From: the human T2T-CHM13v2.0 reference genome, Homo sapiens
Reading direction: 5' to 3' (one strand)
DNA: 64,000 nucleotides
NCBI RefSeq assembly: GCF_009914755.1
Contig: NC_060928.1
Position numbers and translations under genes: made by a program
The notes under the pieces: model-generated
Told to the model about the DNA's origin: nothing
The model's database searches: none
The model's input: only the letters and a program-made list of their open reading frames with translations
Shown here: positions 54,737 through 64,000 of the stretch, one piece after another
How positions within the stretch are numbered: position 1 is the stretch's first letter
Layout of the letters: each line of letters opens with the position of its first letter

Positions 54737-55522
54737 TTTTTTTTTTTTTTTTATTAAACTAAGTTCTAGGGTACATGTGCAGAACATGCAGGTTTGTTAC
54801 ATATGTATGCATGTGCCATGTTGGTGTGCTGCACCCATTAACTCGTCATTTACATTAGGTATTTCTCCTAATGCTATCCCTCCCCTCTCCCCCCACCCCA
54901 CGACAGACCCCGGTGTGTGATGTTCCCCACCCTGTGTCCAAGTGTTCTCATTGTTCAATTCCCAGCTATGAGTGAGAATTTGCAGTGTTTGGTTTTCTTT
55001 CCTTGCAATAGTTTGCTGAGAATGATGGTTTCCAGCTTCATCCATGTCCCTACAAAGGACATGAACTCATCCTTTTTTATGGCTGCATAGAATTCCATGG
55101 TGTTTATGTGCCACATTTTCTTAACCCAGCCTATCATTAATGGACATTTGGGTTGGTTCCAAGTCTTTGCTATTGCGAATAGTGCCGCAATAAACATACG
55201 TGTGCATGTGTCTTTATAGCAGCATGATTTATAGTCCTTTGGGTATATACCCAGTAATGGGATTGCTGAGTCAAATGGTACTTCTAGTTCTAGATCCTTG
55301 AGGAATCACCATACTGTCTTCCACAATGTCTGAACTGGTTTACAGTCCCACCAACAGTGTAAAAGTGCTCCTATTTCTCCACATCCTCTCCAGCACCTGT
55401 TGTTTCCTGACTTTTTAATGATCGCCATTCTAACTGGTATGAGATGGTATCTCATTGTGGTTTTGATTTACATTTCTCTGATGGCCAGTGATGATGAGCA
55501 TTTTTTCACGTGTCTGTTGGCT
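54737..55522 (-). mobile_element. 5'-truncated young L1PA (about L1PA3-5), roughly 0.79 kb
   Basis: ORF-track 54955-55197 MFIAALFAIAKTWNQPKCP is the ORF2p C-terminus; poly(A) tail; perfect 17-bp TSD AATGCAACCAATTCTTT (54720-54736, 55523-55539) at an endonuclease-type TCTTT/AG site. Confidence 0.97.
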
Positions 55523-55933
55523 AATGCAACCAATTCTTTAGGAACTTTCTGGGCTATATTATGTGCTTTGGAAGAAGAAGGGGGAAAAAAAAGCCTAATG
55601 GTTTTAAAAGCGTATTCCCTACTACTTCTGTCAAAAATACAATGGCGTCAGTGATCTATGCTTGTAAGTATGTGTGTTTCACCAAAACTGAAATAAAAGA
55701 CAAATATAACCTACTAGTATAATGAGAGGAGACTGTCAATGCCAAGGAACGTATCAGTTATCTTCCTGAAGATAGCCGTGTACCTACAAGAGTGAGGGTC
55801 CTCAAAGGGAGCCTATTGTGTATGCCCATGCGAGGAATCAAGCCACCTGTGAGTGGATGTTAGGAGAGAAGGCCTAAAGACCAGCAGTGAGAAATGAGGG
55901 ATAGTGATGCAACCTCTCTAGTAAGCAGGGGTG

Positions 55934-55985
55934 ACTTGTAGACAATAGATGGCAGGTAAGGAGGTGCTCAACTCCAGCTCATGAG
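55934..55985 (+). repeat. Copy 2 of the 52-bp dispersed direct repeat
   Basis: 49/52 identical to 52906-52957. Confidence 0.92.
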
Positions 55986-56989
55986 GAGCTGAAGTCCCCC
56001 AGCTCCTTATAGGTTGCATGTTTGCAGGGAGGAATATCACTCTCATTACCTTCTGATATTGTCTCCTAAGGAAATTTGGGCAAGAGGTTGTAAGCATCAT
56101 GTTTTGCAGTTTTATGCTTTTAAAAGAGATGATCCTGGCACCTCATTGCACATGGGTGCGTTGGAGGAAGGCAAGTGGGAAGATGGACAAGGGGAAGGAC
56201 TTCGCGAGACATCATAAGGAGGAACAACCTTGTGGAAGGTGGCAAGGACAAGATGAAGACAAAAGAGAAGAGTGGTTCAAATCTTCATGCACCACACAGT
56301 GAGCATCAAAGGCATACATATCAAAGTCTTTGGAAGAGGAGAATATTAAGAACTGTTAAGGAAAATGATGTGTAAATCACCCCAGGACCGTTCCAAGGAA
56401 AAGAGAGGCTTAGCATTCAGAAGTTGCTATAGTTTTGCTGATGAGGCTTGAATATGAAAACTATATTATTATCCTTTTTATCGTTACGCTACTTCTTTGA
56501 ATGTATCTCACAGGACAGCATGAACTGTATAACTCAGCTTACAATTAACAGAAAAAAAATTGCACTTTAATTCCCAAATTTGATTATCAGATGTTCAATG
56601 AAGACAAATACAAAATAACATTGTAGAATCTTGCTTTTATCCCTAATACTGCTGGAAAAATATTAATCTCAATTTTAGTTTTTCCCTATGTATCATCTGG
56701 GGACCCCTTGCATTCAAATCACAAACAGTGAAATCATACAATAATAACTTTAGGAGAAAGAATTTAATAATGACTGTAGAAGAAAGGTATAACCAAATGT
56801 TAGAGGAACATAAAGAAGGGAGAAATTACTTTTTGCCAGAAGAACCAGGAAAGACTTAATGGAGAAAATGGCACCTGAACCAGCCCTCAAAATATAGATA
56901 GGATTTTTACCAGCAAAGTTGTGAAAATATGCTAGCAAAAAGGAAGAGAATAATTAGTCAATACCACCTTGATTAGAGAAGGAGGACTG

Positions 56990-57300
56990 ATGGCTGTAAT
57001 ATTGGCAAAGAAATTGAACTCAGATTATAAAAGACTTTATGCAGAGTCTAGGGGGGTGGGTTGAAACTTACTCAGCAATCACTTTGGCAGGTATCCACAC
57101 CGAGTCACATGATCAGAATTGCACTTGAGGATAGTTTCTCTGTCTATAGGACTGAGGCTGAGACTGGAGGCAAGGACGTGTTAGAAAGTAGGCGAAATTG
57201 TCCAGGTCTGGGGAAATTAGGCTGTGTAAAAGGACAGTGGCAGTGGGAATGGAAAGAAGGGTGGTACATGAAACAGACATTAAAGGGGGAACAAGTTGAT
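56990..57300 (-). mobile_element. L2 fragment
   Basis: gagtcacatgatcagaattgcactt...gagactggaggcaagg...aattgtccagg...ggcagtgggaatgga. Confidence 0.6.
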
Positions 57301-60094
57301 TGTTAGCTTGAAACTCTCAGCAGGCTTTATCAATTCTTGGAATGAAGGAAAATTTCTCCCTTCAAAAAACCTTGTATGTTGCAACCACTTAGGATGTGAA
57401 CAAAGACAATTCATCTCCATTTTCAAGGCTCAGTAGTCAACTCAGAGATGGAGACAAGAGGACTTAAAGATGGGAAGAAAACGTGTCTCATTAACTCACA
57501 GTTCCAAAATGTTACAGATAGCTGTGGGGTTTTGGTTTCATTTGGTAAAAATCAAATGAACTTTTTTTCCTTATTTCTTCTGAAAAAAAAAATCAGATTT
57601 ACTAAATGACATGTTAAAATGTTTAATTCCATTTATTCTTTAATTTAAACAACACAAAGTTATTTCAATGAGACATCTGATTTTAATCCCAAGTAATAAA
57701 AAACAAAACCTAAACATTGGCCTAACTGAAACGAAGTCTAGTTTAACTGGTTCAGGATTACATTATTTTAATATTCTATAATATTGCTAAAATATTATTC
57801 AGTGTTCACTATGTGCTGATTAACCTGAGATCTATAGTAATATTACATATCAAGGTTTTGAAAATGTTTTATGACTGACCGAGTCATGAGTTTTGGTTTT
57901 TTGCTCCTTATTTGTAAATGTTTCAACCATATGAAATGCCATTCTTTTTTACTGCAATGGAATTTTACATGCCACGTTTAAGAAACAGAATTTTCTACAT
58001 GAGTCTTTCTTTAACTGTAGCATTAAGTTTCCCATATGGCAACAGAAATGACATTTTATTTCTGCTATTTGAGTAATCTGCTTCCAAACAGGAAAAGTGG
58101 GGAATAGGACCAAAAAGTCTGTGACACTTACCTTTGGAGCAGTACTTGAGCCAATTAAATCATTGCCATATGATGTTGTTTGGACCATAATTGCTATCAT
58201 AACAAGATGCAAGAAGAACAGAAGGCCCGAAGCCAAAAAACAGAAGGCCCGGAGCCAAAAGGCCCGGAGCTTGGAAGAGTTCAAGTCCTATCACTTTAGC
58301 CATTCTTACATATTGCATTCAGGAGACAGTTGACTTGCCCCACGTAGTTAACAAATTGAACAGCCCAACTGTGTCTCATGTATGTTTTCTGCTTTCCAAT
58401 CTTGACAGATGCACATGTGTTATGTTCCAATGGCTCTCTGAAAAATATTTCTTAACTACCTGACACTGCTGGTTTTCAGTCACATATCAGCCCTACTACA
58501 GCCTATCAATAATTTAAAACATAAATATGGAAAACAGTAATGAGACCTCTGCAGCCATTGTACTGTCGACAGGAAAAATGAAGACATGGTAATGAGGAAA
58601 ACATTAGTCTGATTATTGCAGGAGGGAGACGTTCTCAATCTTTTGTGGTGGTGCATCAGCCACAATTACCTCCCCAGTAGTGCTTCAGATCACAAACACC
58701 TTGGAGATAGCTGGAGTTCTTCCTAATTTGATTCTCTCTTGTTATTTCATGTTTTATCACAGTTAAAGAAATACGTGCCCAAAATCTCATCAGTGCAGCC
58801 AAGATATTTCTAGAGATAGTTCTCCAGGCCTTGCGATGGCTTCTCTTTAGTTTCACTGTGGACTCAGTAGCTGAGAATGCTCTCCTCTCCCAATCTCATC
58901 TCTCACCATTCACTGGCATCCACCTAAAAGAGTCCATTGGAATGCATGGGAATCTTTACTGGCCTTTGGTTTATGTGAGTGAATTCTCCTATTGATTCCT
59001 CCAAGCTGGAAGTAGCGATCAAGAGAAGGGGAAAGATAAAACTGAGTGAAAGTGGTTAAAGGGAAACCAATAAGAAATACATTTGGAAATCTGACTAGAT
59101 TGGTGAAGACTTTTTTATTTTAAGGAAGAGAAAATCATGTGATTCCGATGTGTGGGTCAAATGAAGAATGAATGCAGTATGAGAACAGGGTGGAGACTCA
59201 GATTACTCAAAAAGATGCCTAAAATATATGTTATACGTTTTCCGTGAGATGTAATGAAGGTGAATTTCAGAAGCAGTGGCTATCTCAAGGTGCAGCAGCT
59301 GAGGTGATGTCTTTTTACCTCAGGTTACTACAAATGCTTTAACCTTCTGGATGCTGGCTGTTCTTTTCCTGGGAAAAGCACAGCTTTCACTGAACCAACA
59401 AATGGTTTTAAGGTGCTTGCAGAGAGAAGGAAGACTGAGTCCATAGTAACCGCTGTATTATGATCAACAGTCCTATTTTGTTTCTTCTCCAAAGTTCCTG
59501 TTTATGTCTCGCAGCCTTTATATTGACTTTTTAAGAACTCAGCCAGTTGGCCAGTGGCCATGGTAAAATTGCACCACCAGTAAGTATAAATACATCCCAT
59601 CAGTGGACACATCTTCAGTATTCTACTTAAACTCAGTTCTCCATTTGAAGTGTCATGTGGTTATGGGTGAATAGAGAACATTATTTAAGAAAGAATGATT
59701 TGTTTAAAATAGTGCCCAAATACTAAGCTACATTACGGAGCAACCATCAGTATCATTAAGAAATTTCATTCACTTTTATTTTTAAAAACCTGTAGCATGC
59801 TACATCATTTGCACATTAATATTTGACTCTGTAAGCATTTGGCTCATGTACAGAAAATCATATGATACTTTTTCTTTGAGAATGAGAAGGAAAGGAAAGA
59901 CAGCGATTGAAGCAAGATCCAGGAGACGGAAAACACATGCCCTGCTGCCAGCCTTCCCATTTTCTCCACCTACTCTGTACCAAACCTAATTAACATAAGC
60001 TAACAAATATTATTATTAACAAAACTGCGTTGTTTTAAAGGTGACTGTGCTTAGCAATTTGTGTATTTTAGCTGAATCATTCTTTAAAACAAAT

Positions 60095-60240
60095 GGGTGA
60101 GAAAGATAGCTCTATCTTGAAAAATAGGAAATTGAGGGGAAACAAAGTGTTTAAAAACTTTGCCCAAGGTCACATAGCCCATGAGTGAATGAGCTGGGAT
60201 TCTTCCAGGTCCGTCTGACTCCAAACCCCAAGTCCTGGCC
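60095..60240 (-). mobile_element. MIR SINE fragment
   Basis: ggaaattgaggg...actttgcccaaggtcacatagc...gagctgggattcttccaggtccgtctgactccaaac. Confidence 0.7.
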
Positions 60241-61149
60241 AGAAGCTCCTCCAATGGCTGACCCAACAGGAAATAATTTCCTATTACACTTATGTAAAGA
60301 ATTCTCTCCTGTGCCTAAAATAAAGAGATTTACTCTATACAGTTGGTTTAACTAGCGTAACTGTGAAGATCAACAAGCTTAGAAATGCTATTTTCTTTCT
60401 TTTAACAAAAGAAAAACAAGATGACAGGGTATAAAACAAAGAATCTATTATTTCGTTTCCAAATACACATTTTAAATTTAGTGACACAATAGCTTAAGTC
60501 TTCTTTTGGACTATTGATTTTCCTATTATTATCTAAAATGAAACATTTTTAAAAGCACCATTTTACCATTTTTTGCATCTTCAATACATTGTATTAGTAT
60601 TTTGGATATATATCCACTGCCTGATTCTTATATTTTATAGTTGCAGGAAGCTACTATTCGAAGTGAAATAATTTGGTGTTGTTATTTAACTCTGAAAAAG
60701 CATGAAATATAGCAATCATTTGTGAGAAATCACTGACTTTCTGCTAAGGTGACTAGGCCATTTTTTTTATATTAGGCAAAAAACCAAATGCAGCAATCAG
60801 AATTGTATCCCATTTAATGTTATTTGCAAGAATGATTAACCAGGATGCCTGGGGCACTTACATAAACAGCTGTGTCTTGTATTTTCCAGGTAATAAAACC
60901 TCTTAGTTTGGCATCTTGCAGGGAAGCCATTAGATCCACCCTGGTGCCACTGGAATAACTGAGGTCCCATAGGGAGGGAACACCTACCAACAACAAGAGG
61001 CAAGGGATAGGGTAGATGAGGACGAGGCCTGGATTGGAAGTTCAGAATGAAACTACCAACCAGTAAGAATGTAGAGGAGCCCAAAGCCTTCAGAGGCAAA
61101 GGGGGGTGTCTGGAATTACTTATTCATTTATTTTTTGGTTTGTTTCTTT

Positions 61150-61263
61150 ATTCATTTATTTCTTTATTTTGAAGAGTGAAAATGTTTCAAATACTTCTCC
61201 CAAAATATTACTAGTAATTCATTTATTTCTTTATTTTGAAGAGTGAACATGTTTCAAATACTT
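61150..61263. repeat. Local duplication of a 47-bp unit (period 67)
   Basis: 61150-61196 vs 61217-61263, one mismatch. Confidence 0.92.
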
Positions 61264-64000
61264 TACTGAAATAATAATGATGGAGTAACAGTCTTGAGTT
61301 TTCAGAAGTATATGATGTACTAATAAATACCATCCAAGCAATCACAAATGTATGCTTTCTTACCAGGCATACAAGAACTAGAGTCCTTCACAATGAAGGC
61401 TTTCACAAAATGCAAAAGCAGCAATAAACAGAATTGATATTTACATTAACATTGTACATAAAATCCAAAAGTCAGCATCCTATATTTTTAATATCAATGT
61501 ACATATCATACTTTATTTTTAATGTTAATTTTCCATCTCTCCCAAAAAATGTAAGATCTGTAAGAAAGTAGATTTTCAAATATACATATGTATAATTTAG
61601 CATCACATGTCATGCTGAATACCAAGGAGTTTACTAACAACGAGAGTTTCTGGAAGAATTTATTGATGGTTTCCTTTTACCACCAAGAAATCTCTAAGCC
61701 AAATTTTCTTTTCTCCAATTTTTATTTTTACCTCTTCATACTCAATTTTAAATTTATTATCATAAAGAGAGATGCTGAAGGGATCTGCTTTTCTATCTGC
61801 TATAGTGTGAGGGCTCTCGTGTGGCAACATTTTACTGTTGTTCTCCCCTGCTATCATCAATGCGTTAAAAGGAAGGGGATTCTACACAGGAATACTAAAC
61901 AATCAATAAAACGCATTCCCAAGCAATAATAATGTGATGGAGTCACTGCAATTTGATTAGTGACCTTTTCATTCTTTGTAGAGATAACCTTTATTGATAT
62001 CATTAACCAGATAAAACACAGGTTTGATGCAGCTCTTTTAACCACTGAGCTTGGTATTGATTGAGAAGCAAGATGTGAGATTTTGTTAGTGTTGAGCTGT
62101 TTACAGAAACAGGAGGTCCATTCCTCCCCTTTTCTTCAGCCCCCAGAGTAATTGTTTTTTTTTACCAGCAGTGAATACAGAGGAGAAACCAAGGACATTT
62201 TCTGACTTTTGTTTCTATGAACAAAAGCTATTTGGGTGAGGGATCACTTTCTGAATGCTCACAAGGAAAGAAAGAGGCATTCTATATTAATAATTTTGGT
62301 ATGGCTTAAGTAGATCTCCTCTTCGTTACTGTAATTCTCAAAGATCTCTCATTATACAACTACTTATTAGCATTTGCAATTCAGAAAGTTTATACTAATT
62401 CTGCCTGTGTTTATGTTTAAACAAACCAGTATACTTGTTCCTTGCCCCTTGAAAGGCATATGTTATCATAGAGAAGATCTAGAGATTTTTACCTTATCTA
62501 GAGATTTTTGGCCCAAATGGCATATTAACTTTGAGGTTTGTCTGTGTCTGCTTCCATGCAATAGAAGTGGAACATTTGTTTGACTTTTTAAGTGAATGAT
62601 TTAGCCTAAGAATCAAACTTTACATTTTAATTCCTGAAACTAATATTTAAATGAAAGTAAACTCTTCAGCTGAATACACTAGATATGCTACAAAAAAAGG
62701 TGTGTTTTGTGAAAGGTAGCTATTGCTTAAAATTGTATGTTTTAACGTAATATGGTAAGCCTGACTTGAAAATAATTTTATGGTTTGTGAATTGGATTGT
62801 GCAGTGAGTAGAATATTAGAGCACACCTGCAAGTGGCATTAAAACGTTTTTGTTTTAACTGATTCATACACTAAGCTTAGAGCATGTAGGTGTGATCTAT
62901 GGATTCAAGATGAATGATTAATGTTTACCCAATAAGCACTAAGGAAAATGAGTTGAAAGATTCACTAAGGTCCATGTAATAAAAAAGATTTTGGGGGTGA
63001 TATGGAAAAATAATTAGTCATGAAAAGGGTTTATATATTTTCTTACATCTCCAAGCATGATAGTAGTTTAAATAGAGAGTTGTAGGCATATACTACTCTT
63101 TACAAGCTTCTGGTATATTAAGAAAGAATACAATTAGATAAAAAATTACTACTTACTTGAAGTTTCAGAGGGATAAAAAGTAACAAAATAACCATGGAAA
63201 GTAATGGCAATAGTAAGAATGGATATGAGTGTTTATCATGAAAATGGAAAAAATACTCCCTAATTCTAGGTTTCAAAGACAGAGACCAGCTTTTCCTATG
63301 AAAAGTACATTTATAAAAATCAGTGATACCCACTCTATTTTAAAACACGAGATCTCACATACAGCACAGTTCTTTGGTTATAAAGGCTGAAAGCCGAGCA
63401 ACAATAAATTTACACTCAATTGCATAGTTGTTTTTTGCTTTGGGGTGTTGTTAGATTTTTTGTAAATTTTTTTGCCAGCAGGAATTTATTTTATTTTCAC
63501 CCTTATGAATTACGGGGTACAAATTTTGAAACTGTTTATCCACTGCACTTAATCATTAGTCAGATTTCTTGTACTTCACAATCTGCTTTCAGCCTAAGGT
63601 AATATCAACAAGGTGATACAAAATCAGAATATTTAGAGCCCGGGGAGGAAAAGTCATCAAAATCATGACCCTATTTCCTAATCCTGAATATTGTGATTGA
63701 ACCATTCTTCTCTATATAGATGAAGGAAGTAGAGATGGGGTACGGGGACTGGCAATCAGAGAAACTGGCACATAAAAAAGAAAAGATAGAGAAGGAGACA
63801 ATCATAACAATATTAAAAGAAGAGTCGAGAATTTTCTGTACTTACATAGAGGTCTTGCAACTTAACACATGAAAATAATTCCTTGCTCTTCAGCTGCCAT
63901 AGCATCTCTAGGTTTTTAAAATTGAACTATTCTTTTTAGGTTATTAGTGTCCAGATCTTTGCCATTCACTAGCAGCAACACTTGGGAACTTGTTAGAAAT

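Overview
AT-rich primate (human-like) genomic DNA, densely filled with Alu, L1, L2, MIR, MaLR/ERVL LTR and DNA-transposon fossils. It is almost all intron. The only convincing coding sequence is an 88-nt internal exon (19741-19828, + strand) encoding GTIFLPGNKVSEHPCNEENPGKFLFEVVP, which I recognise as part of the PH domain of ARHGAP24 (FilGAP). About 0.5 kb downstream is a hairpin matching my recollection of the annotated microRNA MIR4451. The supplied ORFs are mostly chance or repeat-derived. I found no evidence for a new multi-gene system. The best leads are RNA-processing and genome-evolution signals: a candidate recursive splice site (YAG|GTGAGT at 49693/49694); a 52-bp segment duplicated 3 kb apart, each copy carrying a 5' splice site; a read-through/intronic-polyadenylation route to a PH-truncated product; a cluster of inverted Alus; a palindromic templated-insertion scar; and two near-consensus CTCF motifs. 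Repeat subfamily names and boundaries were assigned by eye and are approximate.
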